A stretch of 64,000 nt of DNA from a virus (taxonomy: Duplodnaviria; Heunggongvirae; Uroviricota; Caudoviricetes), in the IMG/VR virus record IMGVR_UViG_3300031354_000001, positions 11,120 to 75,119 of that record; one strand, given 5' to 3'. The position numbers were made by a program, and so were the translations under genes. Below the pieces are notes generated by a model that was not told the origin of the DNA, did no database searches, and was given only the letters and a program-made list of their open reading frames with translations. This document shows positions 19,335 to 29,700 of the stretch, one piece after another (positions within the stretch are counted from its first letter, which is position 1; each line of letters starts with the position of its first letter).

Positions 19335-19488
19335 AGAATTACAAGAGATTTTAAAATCAGTTGAACCAGAGGCCGATGTTATTATAAATCTTGGATTAGC
19401 TGGTATTTACGAAATAGTAGAAACTAAATTCCAAGAATCTGATGGTTATGGTTTTGGTACAGTGTTTTTGGTCGGAGCAGAACTATGA
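19297..19488 (+). CDS. small protein, paralog type A (copy 1)
   Basis: MKVKELQEILK N-terminus shared with 19657 and 19983. Confidence 0.4.
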   Translation: MISHFVGVLMKVKELQEILKSVEPEADVIINLGLAGIYEIVETKFQESDGYGFGTVFLVGAEL

Positions 19489-19667
19489 GTAAATTTATAC
19501 TATTAACAGATGAGAAAAATAGAGAAATAATTCTAAATAAACGAGAAATTAAAAGTATAAGAGAATGGGATGGTGTTACTGGTATAACAACTGTCGATTG
19601 TACAGGTCCTACATTATACGTAATAGAAAGTATAAAAGAAATTTGGAGTCAGATTAATGAAAATTGA
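19485..19667 (+). CDS. small protein, paralog type B (copy 1)
   Basis: MSKFILLT ... EIWSQINEN; paralog of 19811. Confidence 0.4.
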   Translation: MSKFILLTDEKNREIILNKREIKSIREWDGVTGITTVDCTGPTLYVIESIKEIWSQINEN

Positions 19668-19818
19668 AGAATTAAAAACAATATTAAATAGATTTAATCC
19701 ATCATTTGAAGTGTATCTAGTTGTTGAAGAAGATGAAATACCATTAGACTATGTTACGTGGGATACCGATAAAAAAGATTTCTCTTCTACTAATGGAAAG
19801 GTAATATTCCATGGCTAA
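19657..19818 (+). CDS. small protein, paralog type A (copy 2, 53 aa)
   Basis: Hand-translated MKIEELKTILNRFNPSFEVYLVVEEDEIPLDYVTWDTDKKDFSSTNGKVIFHG. Not in the ORF track because it is below 60 aa. Confidence 0.35.
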   Translation: MKIEELKTILNRFNPSFEVYLVVEEDEIPLDYVTWDTDKKDFSSTNGKVIFHG

Positions 19819-19993
19819 ATTTATTTTAGTTACATCACCACTAAATAATGGAAAAAGCATAATTAATATCAAAACAATAGATTCTATATTTCCTTGGAAA
19901 GATAGCGGATGTAGAATATATCATATGGATAAAGAAATAATGGATGTAAAAGAAACAATTGAAGAACTTTGGGAGCAATTAAATGACAATTAA
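19811..19993 (+). CDS. small protein, paralog type B (copy 2)
   Basis: MAKFILVT ... ELWEQLNDN. Confidence 0.4.
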   Translation: MAKFILVTSPLNNGKSIINIKTIDSIFPWKDSGCRIYHMDKEIMDVKETIEELWEQLNDN

Positions 19994-20174
19994 AGAACTA
20001 AAAGAAATATTAGAGAATTTTGAAATATTGGATGAACTCCATATTTTTATAAATAATGGAGTAACAAATACTCCTTTTGAGAAAATAACTATTGAAGAAA
20101 CTGTACTCAATACTAAACGTGGAGAATTCATAGCAATAAATTCTAATGATAATAGGGTAATATTCCATGGCTAA
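19983..20174 (+). CDS. small protein, paralog type A (copy 3)
   Basis: MTIKELKEILE ... RVIFHG. Confidence 0.4.
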   Translation: MTIKELKEILENFEILDELHIFINNGVTNTPFEKITIEETVLNTKRGEFIAINSNDNRVIFHG

Positions 20175-20775
20175 ATCAGCAGTGCATCTGAATGGTAATA
20201 TTCTATGTGCTATTGATGTGGAGACAACAGGATTAAATCCGGGTCATCACGAAATATGGCAGATAGCAATTGTACCAATTGATTCTAATGGAGTACCAAA
20301 TAAAAAGATTTTACCATTCTACCAAGATATTAAAATCCAATTTCCTGATAGAATAAATAAACGTGCAGTGGGTTTGAATCGCGGAGAATTTGCTGCACGA
20401 CAAAAACGTGCAATGGACCCATTTACTTGTGCTGATCTATTGGACGAATGGTTTCAGAGATTAGATTTACCAATCTACAAAAAGATTGTACCACTTGCAC
20501 AAAATTGGCCATTCGACCGATCATTCCTTTATGATTGGCTTGGACCAGCATCATTCAATGATTTTTTCCATCCACATTATCGTGATACGATGGCCGCAGC
20601 AATATTCTTGATGGACCTTGCCGACCACAAATGCGAGCGGGTAACAATGTCTAAATTCAATATGGCGGAACTATGCAAGAAAATGAACGTCACGAACCAA
20701 AAGGCTCATGACGCTCTTCAAGATTGTCTAGCTACCGCAGCAGTTTATAAAGAATTATTGAAATATGCATCTTAA
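20167..20775 (+). CDS. DEDDh 3'-5' exonuclease (DnaQ-like)
   Basis: LCAIDVETTGLNP (Exo I); C-terminal HDALQDCLATAAVY (Exo III with His). Confidence 0.65.
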   Translation: MAKSAVHLNGNILCAIDVETTGLNPGHHEIWQIAIVPIDSNGVPNKKILPFYQDIKIQFPDRINKRAVGLNRGEFAARQKRAMDPFTCADLLDEWFQRLDLPIYKKIVPLAQNWPFDRSFLYDWLGPASFNDFFHPHYRDTMAAAIFLMDLADHKCERVTMSKFNMAELCKKMNVTNQKAHDALQDCLATAAVYKELLKYAS

Positions 20776-20790
20776 TTGGTTTCAATTAAA

Positions 20791-23616
20791 TTAAGCTTCA
20801 GCTTCTTCTTCAAGTATGGTTGTAGTAGATTTATCACCATCTTGACGATCATATCCAATAGGATCTGTACTAGATTCACATCCACCATCATCACTTCCAC
20901 CATCATTAAATATGGGATTCCATCCGGCTGAATATGGAACTGTTTGGCCAGGAATCCCAGATTTAGGTAAGGACGTATTCAAAGAATCAGCAAAATCTCT
21001 TGCTGCCGCTTCAGTTTCAAATACATATTTCTCATAACACTGAAGCAAATCGCCAGTAGCTGGTGTCCCATAGCAGCTTTGTACTGGTGAGCAACATAGT
21101 CCAGATTCACTTGGGTGTGTACAATCAATTGTTATCCAAGTTACACATACCATAGACATACATGGATGCTCTTCTGAGTCTAATTCTTCTGGTTTTGGTA
21201 ATTGATCCATTGGATCAGTTTGAGTACCAGAATCATCTTGTCCGCCTTCTTCATCTTGATCGAGTGGATCAGTCTCATAATCACCATCTTGTACATCACT
21301 TTGAGGCAATATATGAGTATTATCAGAATCTGGTGACTCTGGTCCAGGAGAATTTGGACCTTGTTTTACTGTAGCTTTAAGTGTAGGTTCTCCAGGTGAA
21401 ATATCACCAATATCAGATGGCTTTACATTGCCTCGGCTAGTTTTTCTCCTATCAATATCTGATTTTTCATTTTTAGAATATTCACTATTTTCAGTTTTTT
21501 TATTTTTATTGGCATCAAAATCTGGCCAATTTATTCCAGTTACTGTGACATATGGCTGTGGATTACCGTCATTTTCATTTATTATTTCTACTGGCTTATC
21601 CCAACTATAGATATCATCACCATCATAATCTATTTCTGATGGGTAATAAGTATATTGTGATATATCAGATGGATATGCAAAATCATATGCATCCATTTCT
21701 CCTGACCTTACTGGGCACCATAATTCAAAATCTATACTTCGATTATCTGAGTTATATGATGCTTTATCTACACGACAAAGAATTGAGCTATTAGATACAA
21801 AATCGTTGCTCAAATCTAATGTGACATAATCAAGCGTCTCTACATTTAATAAGTGCAATGGAGTTTGAAAGCTTACTTTTTTCCACGTATTTGAATATCG
21901 TATGGACCAAAATGAGGCACTTTTTGTTACACCATCAATATAATTGAAAGTATAATAGTCATAATCTTGTTTGTGTAAACCATATTTATTATTATTATTT
22001 CTTATAATAACATGGCCATCCGCACTCTGCATTGGGGATTGTGTCCATTTACAATCCATCTTAGTCACTAAATCCTCTGTAGGAGTATGTGTCAATTTTA
22101 ATGTGCCTTGAAGAATATCGTCTTCAGTAATTGTAGCTACGGATGGTTGTATCTCAGGCAAATATTGTAAATAAAAGACATCATTTTTTAAATAAATAGA
22201 GCATCTTGCTTGCCAGGCTATTTCTTGTAAAGCTGTTAGTGCATTAGGACGGTCATATATGGTAAAATTCATAGGATAATTTTCTACTTTACTTTCTACG
22301 TGATCGAAAGAAGTAGAATCATAAGTAAAATCAGTATATGTATTGATGATATATTTTAAAATATCAACAGTATTCGGACCAACACTAGAGCGAAATGTTA
22401 CATAAATATCATCGCCCCAATTTTGATTCGTATTAGATGGTGATGTGTGCATTGTCAAAGTTACCACATCAAATTGTCCCCATGATTCAGTTTGTATAGT
22501 ATATAAATCACTTGACAAATTCTGTAAATATCTTTGACCATATAATGTGCCCCATACAGTGACTTTTTCAACTGTACCTGGAACTATACTTATTATATAT
22601 TTCTGTGGCTGTAGCGGTGATATTTGTTTTATTTGTGTTCCTGGGCCAAAATATTTATATCCACAGTTATCGCCACTAATTGTGCCATCAGGCAAAAAAC
22701 CACTCTTATTATTATAATTTGTTCTCCAATAGCCACCACCTATTCCGGGCGGATCTTTTCCTGCACATTGATCTTCATGTCCAGTTATTTGAAAACCATT
22801 TCCATTCCAATAACCCCATATTTTAAACCCACCCAAATCCAATGTAGCATAGCCGCTAAAATTTTCGGCTCCATATACATATATAAAATCAGTTTCTGTT
22901 GCTAATTGTTGTTGATAAGTATTGCTAACTGAACCTCTTCTACCTGCTATTAATTCTACTGCATCAAGCGTAAAATATTTTGTAACAAATGATAATAAAA
23001 TACCATATAAAGAAGCTTTCTGTCCTAAATGTGTATCAGCAAATCCTACACCTGTTGCAGTTACAGCTTTAGGTACTTCAGTTACCCTTAAAGCTTTGCT
23101 GTGAATTGTAAGACCAAAACACATTGGCCATGGTTGACCAACAAATGCTTCTGGTAAATCTATAAATTGACCTTCTTCTGGTGAAAATCCTATTTCTTTA
23201 TCTTCCAACTGAGATAATACTGAGAATGATACTGTGCGATCATTTTCATTCCATGTTATTGGAGAGTTAACTTTTCCTTTAAAAAGTAAGAATCGATCAG
23301 ACAAATCTAACTCTTCAAAGTATTGATAAACCCATACGTCTTTTAAATGAAGATCATAATTATTCATCAATTCTTTGATTGTACCATCAGTATCATCAAG
23401 TGTTACTGATAGTGATTGCGAATTTGATGACCCAGTTATATTTATAACTGCATCGAGATCGCTTACTTCAAGAATTTTGCCTGGAATAGAATCTACCGCA
23501 CGATCAGAATATTGTAAAACATCTGTGCCATTCCATGCAATATCTAAAATTGTAATTGGCTCTGAGCCTTTTTTCTCAGCAATCTTAGCTAGAGCATTTG
23601 CACTTAAAGTTCTCAT
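20791..23616 (-). CDS. large virion/tail structural protein with acidic Cys-rich C-terminal region
   Basis: 941 aa at the distal end of the tail gene string. C-terminal ~250 aa is D/E/G/S/P-rich with clustered Cys. Confidence 0.45.
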   Translation of the reverse strand: MRTLSANALAKIAEKKGSEPITILDIAWNGTDVLQYSDRAVDSIPGKILEVSDLDAVINITGSSNSQSLSVTLDDTDGTIKELMNNYDLHLKDVWVYQYFEELDLSDRFLLFKGKVNSPITWNENDRTVSFSVLSQLEDKEIGFSPEEGQFIDLPEAFVGQPWPMCFGLTIHSKALRVTEVPKAVTATGVGFADTHLGQKASLYGILLSFVTKYFTLDAVELIAGRRGSVSNTYQQQLATETDFIYVYGAENFSGYATLDLGGFKIWGYWNGNGFQITGHEDQCAGKDPPGIGGGYWRTNYNNKSGFLPDGTISGDNCGYKYFGPGTQIKQISPLQPQKYIISIVPGTVEKVTVWGTLYGQRYLQNLSSDLYTIQTESWGQFDVVTLTMHTSPSNTNQNWGDDIYVTFRSSVGPNTVDILKYIINTYTDFTYDSTSFDHVESKVENYPMNFTIYDRPNALTALQEIAWQARCSIYLKNDVFYLQYLPEIQPSVATITEDDILQGTLKLTHTPTEDLVTKMDCKWTQSPMQSADGHVIIRNNNNKYGLHKQDYDYYTFNYIDGVTKSASFWSIRYSNTWKKVSFQTPLHLLNVETLDYVTLDLSNDFVSNSSILCRVDKASYNSDNRSIDFELWCPVRSGEMDAYDFAYPSDISQYTYYPSEIDYDGDDIYSWDKPVEIINENDGNPQPYVTVTGINWPDFDANKNKKTENSEYSKNEKSDIDRRKTSRGNVKPSDIGDISPGEPTLKATVKQGPNSPGPESPDSDNTHILPQSDVQDGDYETDPLDQDEEGGQDDSGTQTDPMDQLPKPEELDSEEHPCMSMVCVTWITIDCTHPSESGLCCSPVQSCYGTPATGDLLQCYEKYVFETEAAARDFADSLNTSLPKSGIPGQTVPYSAGWNPIFNDGGSDDGGCESSTDPIGYDRQDGDKSTTTILEEEAEA

Positions 23617-23975
23617 TGTTTTATACCTTCAAATTCTATTTGTATATTTTGATAATTTCCAGGCGATGTCAATTCAAATGGATTAGATGTAAATTTTCCA
23701 ATAAAAATTGAACCAAGATGATCGGTTAATCTTATTGTACTACTAAAATATGATCGTAAAAAGGCCCTAAATTCTAATCCCTTTTGACGCGTAAATTCGA
23801 AGTTAAAAACAATCTTTTTTCTTGTTGATGTTTTTATATAAGTATATACATTTCCACCCATTGTTCTATTTAATGATAGCGAACTTGTTAATCCTTCACT
23901 ATCATTAAATAATGGATTTGGTAAAAAAGTTGTTGTATTGATTCTAGGATATGGTGCTTCAAGTTTTATTGACAT
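23613..23975 (-). CDS. tail-associated structural protein
   Basis: 120 aa, coupled between two large tail genes. Confidence 0.35.
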   Translation of the reverse strand: MSIKLEAPYPRINTTTFLPNPLFNDSEGLTSSLSLNRTMGGNVYTYIKTSTRKKIVFNFEFTRQKGLEFRAFLRSYFSSTIRLTDHLGSIFIGKFTSNPFELTSPGNYQNIQIEFEGIKQ

Positions 23976-25723
23976 TATGCCAACTCCGCTTCAAATTCCA
24001 ATGTAAGCATATTGCCAGGACGACCGACACGAGATATTGGAGAATCGGGATTAGTAATAATTCCTGTCCATTCTCTGCCTTCCCAGTCTGTTAGTTTTAC
24101 ATTCTTGCCAAGTGATGCTTCAACAAAATCTAATACATCTTGGCATTCTACTTCAGTTAATGCATTAAATTCTAGTGAAAGAATGAATGACTTATTCCAA
24201 TTAGGATCAGCATAAATAATAAGTGTACCACCGCGTGTTGTTCTATTTATCCTTTGAAATTGCATTGAGTCTTTATTGTTAAACTCAGGGCCACTCAAAG
24301 TAACTATACTTGTTGGAGCAATGGTAGGATATTCTAGTGTAACTCCATCAGTTGCCGTCAATGATGGTGCTGTTGTACTTGGTGGTGATGGTGCATTTGG
24401 ATCAGTTGTAGAGCCTACCGAGGGCGAATAATTGCATAAAACACCATCTTCATCTAATTTGTAAAATGCCCATGAATCCGATAATTCCAGTTCGGATTCA
24501 ATTGTTTTATTAAATGTGCCATTGATTTCAAAATCATGTGTTACAGTTAGATCGCCATCAATTCCTGTTGAACTTATATTTTCTAATGATTGTGTTAACG
24601 TCAAAGTATCGATAATAAAATATGAAAATTTATCTATCTCCCATGAGTCTGACAATGATAATGTACTATCAAAACTCTCACTTATTCCAGATGCTTTTAC
24701 TAGTTCTACTTCGAAATCATGAATAATGTGTATTGTGTCATTTGGTGCTGGCGAACCAATGAATTTACGGTCAATCGAATGCCCGAGTCTATAAGAATAA
24801 ATATATGGATCGCCATTGTCATCAAATTTAATTACATCACTTGTTAATTCACTAGTAAAATCAGCATAAAAAGCACCACCAGTATAAAATGTACTACCTA
24901 AAGGCAATGAACTATCAATAGGCTTTGTTATTATTTTTATTGACGTTAAAGAATCTGTTAATGAAAGAGAATGTGATAAAAGTTGATGATTTTCTGGCCG
25001 CGGTGCAGCCATTATTTTTGGAGTAATTAATGATACTGGAGGATGATTCTCACTATCAGCAATATTTGTTGGCGTTATAACAAGCTGATTTTTCCATTCC
25101 TCAACACGTCCACCAAGCATTGGTACATGCCAAGCGCAACCAGGAAATTTATTTCCACGGCTACCGTGGCAGAAGCCATGGAAAGTATTTTCATCAAAAA
25201 ATGTACCTGGAATAAATGCTAATTCAGCAATGTCACCTACAAAATAATCAGTGCCTAAATCAGATGAGCATCCAAGATACATATCTGCTGGAATGTCAGT
25301 ATTATCTGTTATTGGTGTATAGGCCGGATAAACAGAGTCTATATATATAGTATGTATCGATCTTATTAATAATCTCAAATAAGTTGTATTAATACTTTTA
25401 TCATGTGTGAGACAAAATGCCATCCATTCGCCAGCATAGGTACTTAAATTTATTGCTGATATACTTAATATCCCTGTATCACCACCAGCAGAATTAATAT
25501 ATCTCGCTCTTAATCTGTCTGAGCTACTTGCTTGAGTAACATAAATTTGAACATGTGGTGTTGCTCCTGGTGTTCCCCAAGCCAATATTTTAGGAGAATC
25601 TGAGCCTGGATTACCAGCTGGTAAACGAAACCAGCCCACGAACCCCCAATCATCATTGGGGATTGTGAGCGCTGGATCATTAGCCATTGTGGCATAAGCA
25701 GTTCCGTCATGATACCAACCCAT
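23975..25723 (-). CDS. distal tail / fibre-like structural protein
   Basis: 582 aa, Ser/Thr-rich beta-type composition, downstream of the tape measure gene. Confidence 0.4.
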   Translation of the reverse strand: MGWYHDGTAYATMANDPALTIPNDDWGFVGWFRLPAGNPGSDSPKILAWGTPGATPHVQIYVTQASSSDRLRARYINSAGGDTGILSISAINLSTYAGEWMAFCLTHDKSINTTYLRLLIRSIHTIYIDSVYPAYTPITDNTDIPADMYLGCSSDLGTDYFVGDIAELAFIPGTFFDENTFHGFCHGSRGNKFPGCAWHVPMLGGRVEEWKNQLVITPTNIADSENHPPVSLITPKIMAAPRPENHQLLSHSLSLTDSLTSIKIITKPIDSSLPLGSTFYTGGAFYADFTSELTSDVIKFDDNGDPYIYSYRLGHSIDRKFIGSPAPNDTIHIIHDFEVELVKASGISESFDSTLSLSDSWEIDKFSYFIIDTLTLTQSLENISSTGIDGDLTVTHDFEINGTFNKTIESELELSDSWAFYKLDEDGVLCNYSPSVGSTTDPNAPSPPSTTAPSLTATDGVTLEYPTIAPTSIVTLSGPEFNNKDSMQFQRINRTTRGGTLIIYADPNWNKSFILSLEFNALTEVECQDVLDFVEASLGKNVKLTDWEGREWTGIITNPDSPISRVGRPGNMLTLEFEAELA

Positions 25724-25727
25724 TAGG

Positions 25728-26219
25728 CTACTCCCAAATTATTGATGGAACCCAAACTGATCTTTTATTTAAAGTCCAAGATGATGTTTCAAATAGCAGG
25801 ATTATAAATATAAATTCTCCAGCTACAGGTGTATCAGCATCAAGTGTAATTAATGATTGTAAAATCTCTGAATCAGTTCCAGGATTAGACCATGTTAGTG
25901 TCGCTGTTCCTTCGGCATTTAATCCTGTTGTATCAAGATCAAATACTTCATCAACAGCAATACTTTTCCAATAAGGATTTACTTTAGCATCACCGGCTGC
26001 TGCATCATAAGATACTGCATTTAATTCTAATTTGCATGTACCAGTTGGTAAAGGATCAGGGGTTCTAAACCATAGATGCATTTCTGCATTAGCGTCTAAT
26101 GATGCCATTACACCTAATCCTTCAACTATAGCACCATTGGTTGATCCACCAAATGCATCTGGATATACCTTATTTTGTGTCGCAGGAAACGCAGAGAATG
26201 GAAATATTCGTGTAGCCAT
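25728..26219 (-). CDS. tail structural protein
   Basis: 163 aa in the distal-tail string. Confidence 0.35.
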   Translation of the reverse strand: MATRIFPFSAFPATQNKVYPDAFGGSTNGAIVEGLGVMASLDANAEMHLWFRTPDPLPTGTCKLELNAVSYDAAAGDAKVNPYWKSIAVDEVFDLDTTGLNAEGTATLTWSNPGTDSEILQSLITLDADTPVAGEFIFIILLFETSSWTLNKRSVWVPSIIWE

Positions 26220-26761
26220 TATGCATTCACGGTGTAAGTGATTTTAATTTGATCGCCATTGTTTACAGCTTGGTCACTTGAGAATAATCCAGTGGCCCAA
26301 AGAATTCCGTCACCAGCGTGATCGCCAACAGTGTCAGCAGCAGCACCTAAACCGACAAGAAATCCACCTTTGACTGTTCCTGATGCTGTGATATTAAAAG
26401 TAGCGACAGCACTATTTGTTATTGATTGTCCTGAAGCGGCATCTTCATCCCATTCAATACGACTGCCAGCACCATAGTCAGAAAATTCATCCCAACCATT
26501 ACCAGCTTGATCGATATTATCATATGTATCTGTTGCAGCAAGAGCTGAATATCCAACAGAATCAATTAAAGATAAATACCATGTCGTTGCAGCAGTCTCT
26601 TCATGGAACATTACATCAAGAAGAAAATCCTTGCCTTCATTTGTAATGCCATTATGAAACTCTTCTTCGAAGATAGTTTCACCATCACGAATAATTTCCA
26701 CATTAAATATGCCACCAAAATTCTTTAATTTGTGACTGCCTTTTGATTTTATTTCTTTCAT
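26219..26761 (-). CDS. tail structural protein (distal-tail-like position)
   Basis: 180 aa immediately after the tape measure gene. Confidence 0.35.
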   Translation of the reverse strand: MKEIKSKGSHKLKNFGGIFNVEIIRDGETIFEEEFHNGITNEGKDFLLDVMFHEETAATTWYLSLIDSVGYSALAATDTYDNIDQAGNGWDEFSDYGAGSRIEWDEDAASGQSITNSAVATFNITASGTVKGGFLVGLGAAADTVGDHAGDGILWATGLFSSDQAVNNGDQIKITYTVNA

Positions 26762-29700
26762 TAGATCCTCGATGTATTTCGTCTTAGTTCACGTGTCAAT
26801 TCAGCAGCTACTGCACGAGCAGTTTCTTTTGGTGCAGATGCACCATTCACACTGATATTAACATCACCTACATTTGTAACTGGTCCACCTGATGCACGAT
26901 AGACTGGTTGTTTATTGTTATTTATTGCTACAAGTTGTGAGAAAAATTTCCTTGAAGATGCAGCATTTACAACAAATTCTCCTGGAGAAAGCATCGCAGG
27001 AATAGTATCACTGCCGCGTGGAGTAAATCCGCCATTATTACGGTATAGTAAACCACCACGATAAGCAGTTGCTGTCTCAGAATTATTGCCGCTAAAAGCT
27101 TGATTTACTCTAGCAATTTGTTCTTCAACACGTTTAAGACTATTTATCATTGATTGTGAAGCTTGTTCTACATTATTTGCAGCCTGTGTCGCTCCTTGAG
27201 ATATATTATAATTTAAAGAATATCCGGTATCAATGGCTTTTTGTTTTGTAAAATCTATTGATATCACTTCAGTTTGTGATGCTTGCTGTATTGCAATTGC
27301 ACCTAATTTTGCACCATCAGAAATATTTTTACCAAGAGCATCACCAGCTTCTTTAGATTTCTGTTTTATAGCATCTGTTTGGCCATTAGTTTTACTTTCT
27401 AAACCAGTATCAGCAGGCTTATAATTTTCAATTGTACTTTGATTTAATAATAATTTGTCTGAAGCAGCCTTAAATAAGTTAGCATTATCTTGTCCTTCGA
27501 CAATTGCTTTCTGTTTTTCAGGTATTTCCGATAATCTATCAATAAGTGTCTTTAATTGGTCAGAGGCATCTTTAAGACTTGGACCTATTCCTAAGAACTT
27601 TGTAGGAGTCTTTTCTTCTGCATAGACAAGTGCTTCACGAATCTTAGCCAATTTTTCAACAGCATCAGCATATTCTGGTGAAAGACTTTTGCCTGATAAA
27701 GCTAATTTTTGAGCCTCCAATGCTGCATCAGTAACAGCTTTCTTTAATAATTTTGTTGTTTCAAGACGTTTTTTATAGTCATCAATTCTAGACCTACTGA
27801 ATGTAGGCACTTTATTTATATCGTCTAATTCAGATTTAAAATGCTTTATATCTGCTACCGATAATTTAATAGCATCATCTATCTCTTTTTGATTTTTGAC
27901 TTGCTCTGATGTAGCAGTATTTCCAGTCTTTTGAAGCTTATTTAATTCATATAATCTCTTTTGCTGTTCTTTATTTGATGCTGCACCAACAAGAGCATTA
28001 ATAATAGCTTGAAGATCAGATTTAGATTGTGTTTGTAAATCTTTTAAAGCATCAGCAATATTTTTAAATGAATCTTTAGTTGCCTGCTCAAATGTCTTTA
28101 CTTGCCCAGTTAGTGGATCGAAGAATCCTTGAGTTGCAGCTTGAAATTCTGATTTTAATTCAGTTGCATTAGCTAGTTGAGCATATACTTTTACTTTTCC
28201 AAACTCTTTTTCTAGATCTTTTGATACGCCAGCTAAATTTTTTAAAATCTTTTCACGTTTTAGGGGATCAAATGTTGTTGCCAACTTCTTTTTTAGATCC
28301 TTAAAACGATCAATAAGATATTTTACTCTTGATTCAATTGTTTTTAGATCAGGAGCAATTTTCTTAATTGTAGCTGATTGCTCAATAATTTGCTTCTTAG
28401 CTTCTTCCTGAAGATTATACTGATTCTTTAATGTAGTTTCAACATCGTCTTCTGCTTTTCTAATCAAAGAAGCATTCTTTGTTTGATCGGCAGCAGCTAA
28501 AGCAGCTTTTGATTGTGCTTCAGCACGTTGCTGTAATGTGTTTGCTAATTTTTTTTCACCTTTATTGGCTGCTCTTACCGCAGCAGAGCGTAAAGCTTCA
28601 GCACGGGCAATTCGTTGATATACTTCGTGATATTTATCAACAGATTTTAATTGCCTTTCAAAATTAAAATCACTAATGCTTCCAGAAATATTCTTTGCTT
28701 CATCATTTATTTCTTTTAATTTATTTACAGCATTATTAGCAAATTTGTCGAAACTTCCAAATAATCCTGAGATAGCAGATAAATGACCTGAAGCTTGATC
28801 TTCTAAAGAAGAATATAGTATTTGTTCAATCTGTTGTATATCTTTATCAGATTGCCCAAATAATCTTTGGCGATTTATTAAGAATTTTTGTAATGTAGAT
28901 AATAATTTATTATTACCTTTACGTTGTTCCTCTAATTGTGCTTCATATTTTATTAAACCTAGTTTTCGAGAAACTTCAAGTGTCTTTTCTAATTCGTCAC
29001 GATATTCTCTAGCTGCTTTTGCATTTTTATTAAAATATCCCTGAATAAGAACTGAAGCTGCACCTATCGCGGCTGCCCAAGCAAATGGTGATTTAGCTAA
29101 AGATTTTATACTAGCCTTAAAAGTCTCTCCACTTGATAAAGCATTTTTAAATCCTTTAGTCATGGCTGCTAAAGAGCCATCAGCGTACTTTCTAACAATT
29201 AACCATGCGGCACCAGCAAGTGACAGCGATATTGTAAAAGCTTTTATTGCGCCAGTTGCCCCACCGAATGAATTAAATACATCTAATAGAGCATTATTAG
29301 TATTGCGACCAAATTTGGTCATAGCGATATCTAATTTATTTAATTCTAGGGCGACTTGCTTAGCATTAGTATTAAAAACTATACCTTTAGCTTGTGCTAG
29401 ATCACTTGCACCAGCTTTTTTAATTCTTTCAAGACTGTCAGCATATTGTTCAGCAACTGTCTTACCTAAGCCTAATGCGCCACGAATAGCACGTACACGG
29501 CCAAAAACTTCACCCAATTCAGATGCTGTACCGCCAGCAGCCTGCTCAATTTTCTGTAATAATCCTTGTAATCCATAGGCTTGAATACCAGCTTCAGCAC
29601 TAGCAATACCTAGATCAGCAAATACTTCTTTGAGTTCCTTTGTAGGCTTTATTAATTTAAGCTGTACATTTGTTAATAATGTATATGCTTCATTATATTG

